A DNA stretch of 63,992 bases, the filler included, from Stramenopiles sp. TOSAG23-3 (Eukaryota): the NCBI GenBank assembly GCA_900128585.1. It is 5 parts of 5 records of this genome, joined end to end, with 100 filler letters (N's around TTAATTAATTAA, not from the genome) between each part and the next. Parts side by side here need not be neighbours in the genome. Positions count along the whole stretch, not along the records: positions 39,546 to 52,604 come from LT642647.1; positions 52,705 to 63,992 come from LT642747.1; 3 more parts are not named here. One strand, given 5' to 3'. The notes under the pieces are model-generated. The model ran no database searches, was not told the origin of the DNA, and worked only from the letters and a program-made list of their open reading frames with translations. Below are positions 44,659 to 55,427 of this stretch, one piece after another. Numbering within the stretch: position 1 is the first letter of the stretch; every line of letters begins with the position of its first letter. The position numbers and the translations under genes were made by a program.

Positions 44659-46630
44659 CTATCGAATATGTTTTGCCATACCATGACTAGCCCTCGCTGC
44701 TGCAATGACAGTCTGGCTTGGATGCTGACGAAGGCGTAATTTTCCTCGCCCCTTGTTGGTATTTGAAGCAGCGGATATTGACGCTGATCTATTTGGCTTA
44801 ACTAGACTAGGAAATAGCTCAGATCGTTCTTTTCCGTTGTTTGCTGTGGATTTTGAGGCAGGTTCCCCATTGAGAAGAGACGGCATGGACCGATACTGTT
44901 TTTCAATCTTTTTCCGGTAGCTGCCAAAACTCCCCGACCTATTGTTGAAGGTCTTGACGCGAGATTTATGATGCTTCCCATACCGTGACCTTTTGCTGAG
45001 AGCACTGCCGGATTCAGTACCGGACTCCGACTTCGATTCCATCCTAGATCCTTTCAAAACTATTCCTTTTCCGCGGCCATCGCGACACTTGCCAATTGTT
45101 GACGGAAACATGGCCTTTCGTTCGCTCAAAGCTGCTGCAATAGCATCCAAAGCCGATCGTTTCGTGCATTCTTTTGATTCTGACATATTTAAGTCATCAT
45201 ATATCTTCTGGGAGGAAGCGCTACTGGTGGTATAGTTTGGTCTCTTCCGTTTTGGCTTTTTACTTGCAAACGGCGCACTCTGTGCCTTGTGTGCGCTCTT
45301 CATATTGGTGCCTGAGATTTCCATGAGTGGTAGCTGGGCATTTGAAGCTGGTTTTCCGCGGTATTCTGGGATGTAAGAAACGCTTTGGCCCCCATTATCC
45401 AGTCCATCCAAATGGGCTGCTTCTGCGGAGGGCAACCACGAATGTCCACCGTATTGCTTGGACCTGATGCTAGTGAAACTCTGAACAATAGTAGCTGGGC
45501 CCTGGAAACGAGAGGTCGACCGTTGTATATTTCGTGGCTCGCCTTTTATCCCACAGAATGCCCAGGAACCACCAAAACCAGGCCTAAACGAGCGCGCCCC
45601 TAGTAGCTGTAGGGCCCGGATGCATTCCCCGCAGACATGCGCGGTCGCATCCGTCCGAACTGCAATCAGAACTATGACCCCAAGGGGCAAGTTATGGATA
45701 TACCTCGCCATTTTTAACGAAGCCGCGTCATTGTCGTGTGTATTGAACGATTGGACATCGCTTACTTCTAGCGTCAGTGGTTTGACTATCACCACGTTAA
45801 ACCCCCGGGCATTTAAGCTATGGTTTACGTTGTTGATATAAATTTTTGCGGAATCACCATCGTGCATCCCTGCCGACACAACACGTGCGACCATGACTTG
45901 TGGGGGCGATGACTCCGACGTTACCTTTGTAGTCTTTTCGATTTTTTCTAATAAATGTTTTACTTTTGACGAACGACGCGGCGGGGTCAACGTGTCTATT
46001 TTATTTTCTCTTTTCAGGCGTGCCGAATCTTGCACAGGGGGCCGTTGTATTTCAGTATTGCGGTCTATGGCCGTTTCCTTTGTTTCCTCTGACGTTATAA
46101 CTGTCATGGGCTCGGCTTGACAGCTTGCTGCTGTTTCGCCAGTTTTCTTTTGACCACTTTCTGACGGCCCGTTGTCTGCAATGCGTTTGGCGCTGGATAT
46201 GAATACAAATGAAGACTTTTCACTAGCGCGCCTCCTCAATTCGTCGTTCGCCTTGAAAAAAACTGGTGATTGTCCCGTCTATGTCAATCTTATTGTGAGA
46301 TTTTCGCATGGCGGCTTCTGCTAATTTTGCACCGCGGTGAATAATATCGTCTTGGCCTCTAGTCCAAGGCCGTATGTGCCTGCTACTTGATCCACTGACT
46401 GGGGAAAATTGTGGAGCATATTTGATGAGCATTGCTGTCGGGTCACGTTTCGGATTCAGCGGTGGGGGGGAGGCATGTTTTTTTTCAATGGACTTGGTTC
46501 TGTCTTTGGTGCATTTTTTATTATTCTTTTTTACGCGCACTGGAGGCACGTAAAAATCATGATCTTCTTCCCCCCACCCGCCAGTGAATTCACTCCACCC
46601 ACTTTCTAATACCAAGGCGTCCGCGTCCAT
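44659..46630 (-). CDS. ILEI/PANDER (GG)-domain protein, split over two frames at TAG 46223-46225
   Basis: RGFNVVIV..SFNTH..IVLIAVRTDA..SWAFCGIKG is ILEI-like; upstream ATG ORF overlaps the long ORF, which is in the +1 frame. Confidence 0.65.
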
Positions 46631-47506
46631 TTTGACGCCACTTGCAACTTGTTTACAATCAACCTACTTGGCCAAAAGTACGGTTTGTTTCTCTATGTCG
46701 CTCTACAAATTGAATTGAACCACGGAAATGAGCAGTAGGGGTGTGTTAATAAGTTGTATATATAATCTAATTGAGAGTGTTTGTTGTACAAAAAAATAAT
46801 CGCAGTTTTTGCGCGATAAAAAAATATAATATGGTGTGATTGATGATGATGATATTAATTAATTAATAATGGTCATAATATATAATACTACTACCGGTAC
46901 AAACAACACACACCACAGTTGTTTGAGTATGTATCATGTAAATTAATAAATTCGTTACAATGTAATATATGATTGCCAATGATAGAATATCTAATAAAAA
47001 AATAACAAAAAAATGAAATACCGGTACCGCACACCGCACTGCACAACTAAAGTGACACAAAGGGGAGGAGTCCAACTTTGATGATCTGTTTATCTATTTT
47101 AAATTAAATAAATGCGTCGATTCTATATATTATTGCAATTATTATAACACATAGATAAATGGGATTGTAATTAGTATAGAATAATGTATATTATTAAAAT
47201 ACATAAATAATAGTATACAAACTATAGTAATTTAATTAATAATAAAATCTATATACAAAACCCTTACTATAACTCTTACAATCATTTTAATTCGATGGTG
47301 TTTTGTTGGTGTTTGTTGTGATGGTTGGTCGGTGGTGGTGTAAATGAATAACTAATAATGGCATCTGTCCATGAGTGTACGGTAGAGAGAGAGAGAGAGT
47401 GCTACAAATTCGATATAAATGCAAACATGATTACCAACAAATGGACTTAAACTATTAACAGAGCCAGTGCATTTGTCGGGACCTCATTACAGCTCAAAGT
47501 TTGGCA

Positions 47507-48232
47507 ATGAACGATGAAACGTTGAATAGGAGGCTGGATTCGCGGGCGAGTGTATTTGGCGCCGACACCCCGTCCGTCGACACTCTTTGTAAAGTGTTTT
47601 TGGACTTTCAAGCTGCGTTTAAAAAATGGAGATCGGGTGCAAATTCTTCGAAGACTGGGGAAGTAGATATTAATTCTACAAAGAGGGCCCATAGTGCACT
47701 TGTTAAAGAGATCCTTAGGCACCAGCACGATATTGAAAAAGCTAACAAAACACTTTTACGGTGCCGAAAAGAAAGTAAATATTACGCTGACCTGACTGAA
47801 AACACTCACACAGAAATGTCGAATACACAGAAAGAAATCGACGTGCTGAAAGTCAAATTGCAGGAAGCGAGAAAACGAAGGGAGGAAAAAATAGAATACG
47901 AGAAAAAGTGCCGCATAATTAACCAGTACCCCTCCAGGGAGAGACTGAACGAGCAAATTGGTGGTTTGAAGCAGAAGCTGCTTTCTGTACAAAAAGAGAC
48001 GGAGGAGGCGAACAAAAACTTACAATCGTGTCTTGCAAAGTCCAAGGCATTTTTCAAAGCATATCATGAATTAGGGAAAGAATTTGGTATCAGTGAATAC
48101 ATTGTGCAGCAGGAGAATGCATTGTTAAATGATACTATTGAGGAGGAAGAGGACAACGTAACTGGAATAGTTGGGCGGAAGCGCGTACGAGATGACGAGG
48201 AGGAGACCGAGCTTCAGGAGAATGAAGAGTAA
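47507..48232 (+). CDS. THOC7: THO complex subunit 7 (THOC7/Mft1)
   Basis: DETLNRRL N-terminus, coiled coil, RREEKIEYE...INQYPSRE. Confidence 0.8.
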   Translation: MNDETLNRRLDSRASVFGADTPSVDTLCKVFLDFQAAFKKWRSGANSSKTGEVDINSTKRAHSALVKEILRHQHDIEKANKTLLRCRKESKYYADLTENTHTEMSNTQKEIDVLKVKLQEARKRREEKIEYEKKCRIINQYPSRERLNEQIGGLKQKLLSVQKETEEANKNLQSCLAKSKAFFKAYHELGKEFGISEYIVQQENALLNDTIEEEEDNVTGIVGRKRVRDDEEETELQENEE

Positions 48233-48538
48233 AGAAGGTGCTGCTGGAGGCGTTACTGCAAAGAAAACCAAACAAGGGCGCGAGCTGGCTCGGGCTATAT
48301 TTAATAGCCTGTACAAGCATTAAAACGAATTGCACGTTGTATCTGTTTTCTATGGTTGCAAAGTCCATGATGCGCGAAGAGCGAATGCAGATTTTAAAAT
48401 AAGATTATGGCCACGATGAATTTTTTAAGCTAAGCACATACGACTCTGTACAAACATGTAAACATCCCAAATGTGAAAAACCACCTTCTCACCAAAATGT
48501 AATTTTACAGCGCACACACTAATTTTCGCGGTGCGAGT

Positions 48539-49696
48539 TCACTTTAATTTTGGAGAGCAAGGTGTCAAACGAGGGCTCTCAGGGGGTATTGCGACTTCAT
48601 TTGAATAGGCTGCCCCACTGATGTACCATTCCCTAAGGAAAAAAGAAAAGTCCAAAGACTTGAGTGCGTACTTTGCCAGAGATTGCTTCATATCAAGCTT
48701 GTGTACGAGCAAAGTCTCTGCCTCTGGCGACGCCTCTTTTACCACATGTCCTTTCGGGTCGACAATTCTACTCATCCCGTGGGAACCACGACTTCGATCT
48801 TTCAAATTAGCCGCAGCATTTGCGTGAACTATCCAAACTCCATTTTCTACGGCACGAGCCTGCACTTGTGCCCTATACACAGCGAGTTCGTTGGTGTTAT
48901 CGAGGGGGATTTCGCGATCATTTGCTGACGTTTCCCAACTGCAATAAAACACAACTCGCGCCCCTTGCAAGACTGGCAACCGGACCAGTTCAGGGTGGCG
49001 TACGTCATGGCAGATAATAGCACAGCATGGTGTTCCCGCAATACGGAATACGAGCATGTCCTGGCCCGGTGAAGCCCAATCATCCGTGGGCACAAGTTGC
49101 CTCTTGGTTTGCCTGCATACACGCCTTCCCTTTTCATCTACTACAAGGACCGTGTTGTAAAATGTCCCGTGGCGTTCGCTAAAGTGTGGAGTCCCGACAA
49201 TACAGGCTATACTATTCGCTTTACAAGCAGCACAAATCTTGCTTTCGCACTCTCGCAACTCCCTCCCACTTTTCAGAATGACGGCGGGGAAGTACCCCGT
49301 GGTAGCAGTTTCGTGAAAGTGCACGACTTGTGCGCCTTTGGTCGCCGCGTTCTTTATACATTTAATGATTTCTTCTGTGTTCTTTGATATAGAACCCCGG
49401 TCCAAAAACTGCGCAGCGGCTACGGTCAAGCGGGCTGGAGGTGGTGGGTTTGGGCGACCAGGGTTCATCGGAGACGTTGGCGTTGGAGACGGCGACGTTG
49501 GTGGTCGCGGATGATGATGATGCACTTTCCTTCTCTTTTTATAGCTAGGACCCAAAGTAGCAGGCGGTAAAGGCCACGTTAATGGTGGCAGCTCATCCCC
49601 AGAAGAAGACGAAGCGTAGGAAGAGGTTGAGGCAGGATAAGTCGGTGTCGTGGACCGAGCTGGTCTAGCAGTTCGATCTCGCTTCTTTCCGTCCAT
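48539..49696 (-). CDS. Carbon-nitrogen hydrolase (nitrilase superfamily)
   Basis: Catalytic triad motifs FHETA, KRQLVP, ICHDVRHPE; QARAVEN; GMSRIVDPKG. Confidence 0.92.
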   Translation of the reverse strand: MDGKKRDRTARPARSTTPTYPASTSSYASSSSGDELPPLTWPLPPATLGPSYKKRRKVHHHHPRPPTSPSPTPTSPMNPGRPNPPPPARLTVAAAQFLDRGSISKNTEEIIKCIKNAATKGAQVVHFHETATTGYFPAVILKSGRELRECESKICAACKANSIACIVGTPHFSERHGTFYNTVLVVDEKGRRVCRQTKRQLVPTDDWASPGQDMLVFRIAGTPCCAIICHDVRHPELVRLPVLQGARVVFYCSWETSANDREIPLDNTNELAVYRAQVQARAVENGVWIVHANAAANLKDRSRGSHGMSRIVDPKGHVVKEASPEAETLLVHKLDMKQSLAKYALKSLDFSFFLREWYISGAAYSNEVAIPPESPRLTPCSPKLK

Positions 49697-50884
49697 CGCT
49701 GCTGTAAACTGGCTTTGCTTACTTTCGATTTTTTTAATGTATGAGAGAGCTATCTTGTTCTTCTATCTATTTCCTTCTTGAGTAAATATGACTCGCCTTT
49801 TGAAATAGGAGAACTGTGGTGGGATTAGCTTTTTCTAACAGAGTCAACTAAAGTGAAAAGATAAAATAGAAATAGATTGTTGTAAAATTCTTACTAACTA
49901 TCATACTACTCTACTAACTTTCTCAAACTCCTCGGTAGTAGTACGTACCTGTACATAATAAGATAATAATAAAATAAAAGAAGAAGAAAGAAGGAGAAGA
50001 AACAAGAGGAAGATTATTATTTTAAAAAAAGGAAAACAATAATACAGTAATAATCCTGGTTAAAATAATTTAATATTATTAATAATATTTAATACATCAT
50101 TGCAGCAGCATAAAAAGAAGGTTGATAAATCTACATTTTACTTCGTCGTATTATATTTATTATTATTTTCACAAACTTTAGTTCTTCAAACAGTTTGACT
50201 AGATGTTCACAGTATTAAATTAATATTCATATTTATACTTATACTTCTTTTCTTGACTGAGGCAATTATTATTATAGTAGGTAGGTAGGTTAGGTAGACA
50301 GAAGAAAAAAAGGGGAGGATCCTGAGATCCAATCCATAATCCCCTGCTGATACTAGTCCAGGGACCAAAAATTAACGAAAACGAAAACGAAATATATGAA
50401 AATAAGGAAATAATNNNNNNNNNNNNNNNNNNNNNNNNNNNNNNNNNNNNNNNNNNNNNNNNNNNNNNNNNNNNNNNNNNNNNNNNNNNNNNNNNNNNNN
50501 NNNNNNNNNNNNNNNNNNNNNNNNNNNNNNNNNNNNNNNNNNNNNNNNNNNNNNNNNNNNNNNNNAACCTCTGTCATATTTCGTATATAGAAATATCAAG
50601 AGCGATTTGTCATATTTCGTATATAGAAATATCAAGAGCGATTTGTGCTTTCGTACGAACTACAACACATAATTTGCATAAAGATAATATAGTAAAATGT
50701 AGTAAGAAAACATCATTTCGTGACTCCTAAAAATTATTCTAGTCATCTGTGATGTATTATATATGGTTATATCATCAACGATTTGTTATTTTACAAGAAC
50801 TACAACACATAATACCGGTATTAATATCTCCTGCTGCTGTGTGTAGCAAAACACCAATGGTTTGTCATCAGGTCTATCATTTAT

Positions 50885-51568
50885 TTATACTTTATTGTAA
50901 CCAGAGGCATCCGGATTTACGATCGGTTGTGACAGAGATTGAGCGCCGTCTTCGAAAAGAGGTTCTGGTTCGGTCATATTACAAACGGCGTCTTCCGCCT
51001 CTACTTCTGCTGCAAGCTGGGTTAGAGAGCAAGGCCAGCAAAATACTGATAAAAGTGCATCTTCACCGCCATCTCCCCGTAATTGGCGGCGTTCCCGAAT
51101 CTCAGTACGAAGTTGAATTAGGACGTACCACGTGAGAACACAATCCAACGTGTATACTATACCCTGGAATGGAGAAGAATAACCATAATAATAACCATAA
51201 TTAAAATCCATTCCGATGATGGTCGCACCAACGCAAAGTAGCCAGAGTACCAAGAAAGCCCAAAGAAAACCGGTGAAGGTACCAAAGAACAGATATTTTC
51301 GCAGTCGTCCAGCAACTTGAGCGAGTACAAAAGGAAGGCAGCAAAGCGACTTGCAGAATAAACTCAAGTTGTCGCCACAACCGAAAACCTCCTGCTTCCA
51401 TTGTCTTGTGTGTGGTTGCATCATACCCACATGTGCCTGAGGATCATATTGGTATTGGTGTCCATCCGGAGGCCCTGTATACACGGGTGGTTGTACAGCT
51501 GTGGCCGGAGGCGCGCCATCGTCCTGACCTTTACCAGTAGGCACAGGCCTGTAAGTACTTTCTGACAT
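50885..51568 (-). CDS. PLAC8-family Cys-rich membrane protein
   Basis: WKQEVFGC..LCCLPF..R.EIRERRQL.G...D......FCWPCSLTQL; ATG 51568. Confidence 0.88.
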   Translation of the reverse strand: MSESTYRPVPTGKGQDDGAPPATAVQPPVYTGPPDGHQYQYDPQAHVGMMQPHTRQWKQEVFGCGDNLSLFCKSLCCLPFVLAQVAGRLRKYLFFGTFTGFLWAFLVLWLLCVGATIIGMDFNYGYYYGYSSPFQGIVYTLDCVLTWYVLIQLRTEIRERRQLRGDGGEDALLSVFCWPCSLTQLAAEVEAEDAVCNMTEPEPLFEDGAQSLSQPIVNPDASGYNKV

Positions 51569-52604
51569 ATTGAAGGTAAAAGGGTGAGTGGTGAGTTTTT
51601 CTTGAAATGGAGTGGCGGTGCACTTAAGTTGCCTTATATAATTTTTACAAAGCAAGAATGAGACTAAACTATTTTGGTTAGAAAGGTTTCGTCAAGTTAT
51701 AAGCGTCGCGTTGCATGTCTTCAGTCTACTATCTCAACAACAAAAAAAGAAGAAGGGAGGATGATAAAATAATATAGTACTACTACTGGTAGTATGATGG
51801 ATAAAATATCTAATAAAAAAAGATCAACAAAAGGGAGGGGAAATATTTTAATATATAATAATACTACAGTGTCTAATAATAAAATAATATGACTGACTAC
51901 CAGGAATATATAAAAAAAATAATAATTTAAGCACAACACTAGTCGTCTATTAGTGTCTAGTAATACCAAAGCTTCAATGTTTTTTTTTTTATTACACTAT
52001 AATATCATCATCATCAACAACGAAAAAAAAGACAAGGGCAACTCAACTAGAAAAAGAAGAGGGAAGAAGAATCCAAAGATAAAAGGGAGTACCATACGAA
52101 GCCTTTAGAGCGGACCACCTTTTGTAGCGGGCTCGAGCTGTCCACGGCACTTTCCTCCACGCCTGTTATGTTCAACCCTTTGAGGGTCTTGGTCAATCGC
52201 CCATGCTCGAATGGGCGACGGGCACTGACATATCAAGCGTTCACAACGGCCGTTCAATGTTCAAAAATTGGAGTCGGTCACGGCATGCTGCTGAAGAAAT
52301 CTGAAATCAGAAATCATCAGCTCTAGTATAGAAAAACTAACACTCTAGTAGTTTAAGAAGAAATTATTAAACACACTCGGCCACCAACACAGAACCACAA
52401 CCCAGCAGTGATCAATCCAGCAGTGAGCAACTCAGCATTGCATCGACCTTAATAGTGCTATCCTCGGATGAAGACACAGGGAATCAGAGCGTTGCCAGCA
52501 GGACGAGACCCCAACGGGCATGCCGACGAACCACATCTACCGCACCGCTGATCGAAAATGACACAAACGACCCTCCCCCGACATCTCAACCCACAGATGA
52601 CAAT

Positions 52605-52704
52605 NNNNNNNNNNNNNNNNNNNNNNNNNNNNNNNNNNNNNNNNNNNNTTAATTAATTAANNNNNNNNNNNNNNNNNNNNNNNNNNNNNNNNNNNNNNNN
52701 NNNN
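52605..52704. other. Artificial scaffold linker
   Basis: N44-TTAATTAATTAA-N44. Confidence 0.97.
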
Positions 52705-53005
52705 TGTACCTGTACCTACATAAAAACCGGCACAGGGCGCACAGTGCGCACACACAGTTGACCTCTTTCTAATAATAATAATAAAATCCGTAGTTCAATT
52801 TACTTGACCTAAAATAATAGATATTCACTAACAACCATGCACAAGGGACAATAGTCGTCTTCTAATAGTCAATTATTCATTACATACGATGGAGCAGATA
52901 TCTACTCCATACATTTATGCTCGAAAACATTTATAACATCTAGTTGTTTTATTTTCTAGGTAAGTGATCGGCACAGTAACAACGAACGAAGGAATTGGCA
53001 CAATA

Positions 53006-55327
53006 ATGTTGGCACCCGTCGTCCTCGTCGCTGCCCTCCTTGCAGCGGAAGTTTACTCTTTGGCCCCGGTGCAAAAAAATATGAACGGGGACTATTTGAC
53101 CTCGCAGTCGACAAATTTAAACGGGAAACAGACGTTTAATACCGACTTTGCCTCGAAGGGGCACGAGTATTTTGACGTCTACTCCCCCGTCATCAACAGT
53201 ACCTACGGAATGGTGTACTGGACGCAGATGAAGGACGTGAGTCTGCCCCCGGACATAAAGGAAAGGTTCGACGGGAAAGTAATCGCAATTACGGGCTATG
53301 AAATGGACCAAGTCCTGAAAGATGAGACTTCTGTGCCTATCAACTGGGCATACAACCATCACTATGTTGGCTGGATCCAAGGCAAGAACAGTGAAATGGT
53401 TTTGGCCCCTGTTAGGGAAACAGAGCACTCGTACTGGATGAGAGGGGACGGGACCAAGTACATGGCCAGGACGAAACAGCCCGACGCGGACCCAACCTCG
53501 GCAATCCCAACCAGTCAGATATTTGCGGAAGGGAACGGGGGGGAGAGCCGGAAGTCTTTCCATGGCTACCCCGATGGAGTTGCCCAGCTGGTGGAAAGCC
53601 CCGTCAAGTTCGTGCTAAACCCGATGCAGATAGATACGTACAACCGTGATTTAAAGCTTGGCGAGCCGTTCAAGGCTGGCCCCTTGCCGCCGGAGGCGGA
53701 GTCTCCCCAGGATGCAGACTACAGCGGATTGCTAGAATGCCCGTGCACCGACCGGTTGTACAAGCAAATATCGCTGACGTACAGCACCCGAAACGCCGGA
53801 ACATGTGGCTCGCAAAACCGAATATACAACGCCACCAAATGCTTCGATGGTATCAAGCAGTTGGACAATGGCATTGCCTTGAAAGACACAAAAATCATAA
53901 ACGACCCAAACCGTGCCGCCGGCTGCACATTTGACAAACGAGCCTCCGTTGGTTATTTCAACAATGCCGCGCAGGGGAACGACTGCGGTGGCGGGAGCGT
54001 TTCGGACGTAGTCGCGTCCGGAATCGCAGAGAACAAGCTGACGGGAGTCCAGCTGAATGTCACGCTAAAGGAGAATGATGCATTCATTCAGCTGAGTGGC
54101 CCTGCGGCAGTCTGGTTTGGAGTAGGTTTGAATGCAAACCAAATGAGTGACCTTCCTTACGCATTAATTGTGTCTGGCAACAACGGAAAGGTCACTGTAA
54201 CCGAGCGGAAGCTAGGCTCTCATGCACCAGGCTCCGAATTGAAGCCTAGCATTAAAGTAATCTCAAACACTGTGACGGGAAAGACGCGCACGGTGCTGGT
54301 CCAACGCCCGATGGCCGGCCTGACAAACGACTACTACACGTTCGACCTCGACCAAGACAATACAATCCCCGTCATTGTGGCGGCCGGATCCTCCTTGACG
54401 TTTGCCTACCACAAAGTGCACGACAGTACGTCCCTATCTTTGTTTAATGAAGCGGCGAGTACATGTGTCTGCAACACAGGCACAAAAGGTGAAATCTGTG
54501 GGAACGTGGTCGGGGGCTGCATTCCCTTTGGGGATACAGGAGGACAGGATTTGAGAGGGAAAAGGTGCCCCGATGAGCCGCTGTCAGATTTAGCAAAACA
54601 GGACAACTCCATATGCACGGTACAACAGTACCAAGGTGGATTGCGCTGCTGTCACCACAAAAATATCCTCTTGTCGAAAGCCCAGAACCCGTGGCCGGGG
54701 CAAATCCTGTCGTACCGGATGAAATTTAGATTTTGGTTCCAGGAATACAAGCCAGAGACGAAATCCAAGAAGGCATCGCATTTGAATTTAGTCCGATTTT
54801 ACTGGCAGACAGAGTCTTTTGCAGGTGAGTACAACGTACCGAAAGGTAATTTGAACAGGCCTGGGACACGAAAAAATGCTAAAACGGGGGGATACGAGTA
54901 CCAAATTACGTCCCAATGGCAAGTGGAGGACATGGTGTGGGGATGTGATCCTCGAACAAGTTCCGACCATTGCACAGGAAATGTCAACGGGACTCACAAC
55001 ACTGGGATACAATTGCGGTATGCGGGGGGCCATTGCCACGCCCCATCTTGCGCCTACATTGAACTTAGCACCAACGCAACCGGTGAATGGAAGCAGTTGT
55101 GCAGGCAATTGCCACACATCGGCGAGGGAAAGATTGACAAAGACAAGTACGACGAAAAAGGATATATAGCATTGCCGCCGTGTTTGTGGGGAACGAAGGA
55201 AGAAGGGCTTCTTGAGCCTGTTACCTTGCCGTTTGGATCTTGGTTACGGTCTGTCAAAATCAACAACTCAACCAACGGGCACTACGGTGAGATGGCATCG
55301 TGGCAAATGAGAGGGGTGATGGTGTAA
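53006..55327 (+). CDS. Secreted Nod19-like / DOMON-like protein, putative copper monooxygenase fold
   Basis: Signal peptide; AYNHHY, GNGGESR, GGLRCC, GGHCHAP, HYGEMA; DOMON-like WFGVGLNANQMSD..ALIV. Confidence 0.75.
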   Translation: MLAPVVLVAALLAAEVYSLAPVQKNMNGDYLTSQSTNLNGKQTFNTDFASKGHEYFDVYSPVINSTYGMVYWTQMKDVSLPPDIKERFDGKVIAITGYEMDQVLKDETSVPINWAYNHHYVGWIQGKNSEMVLAPVRETEHSYWMRGDGTKYMARTKQPDADPTSAIPTSQIFAEGNGGESRKSFHGYPDGVAQLVESPVKFVLNPMQIDTYNRDLKLGEPFKAGPLPPEAESPQDADYSGLLECPCTDRLYKQISLTYSTRNAGTCGSQNRIYNATKCFDGIKQLDNGIALKDTKIINDPNRAAGCTFDKRASVGYFNNAAQGNDCGGGSVSDVVASGIAENKLTGVQLNVTLKENDAFIQLSGPAAVWFGVGLNANQMSDLPYALIVSGNNGKVTVTERKLGSHAPGSELKPSIKVISNTVTGKTRTVLVQRPMAGLTNDYYTFDLDQDNTIPVIVAAGSSLTFAYHKVHDSTSLSLFNEAASTCVCNTGTKGEICGNVVGGCIPFGDTGGQDLRGKRCPDEPLSDLAKQDNSICTVQQYQGGLRCCHHKNILLSKAQNPWPGQILSYRMKFRFWFQEYKPETKSKKASHLNLVRFYWQTESFAGEYNVPKGNLNRPGTRKNAKTGGYEYQITSQWQVEDMVWGCDPRTSSDHCTGNVNGTHNTGIQLRYAGGHCHAPSCAYIELSTNATGEWKQLCRQLPHIGEGKIDKDKYDEKGYIALPPCLWGTKEEGLLEPVTLPFGSWLRSVKINNSTNGHYGEMASWQMRGVMV

Positions 55328-55427
55328 AAATTCGAGGAAGAGCGAGAAGGACGACACTAAAAACAAAAAAATGGTTGTGTTATTTAAAGTAATTAAAATT
55401 TAAGAACAAAAAAATTAGTTGTTATAT

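Noticed and set aside
50572-50646. 36-nt exact tandem duplication
   Set aside because: Directly abuts an N gap; probably a scaffolding artefact.
52100-52225. HDV-like ribozyme (TCCTC, CGAATGGG)
   Set aside because: Could not build convincing P1 and L3 geometry by eye; kept only as a generic structured island.
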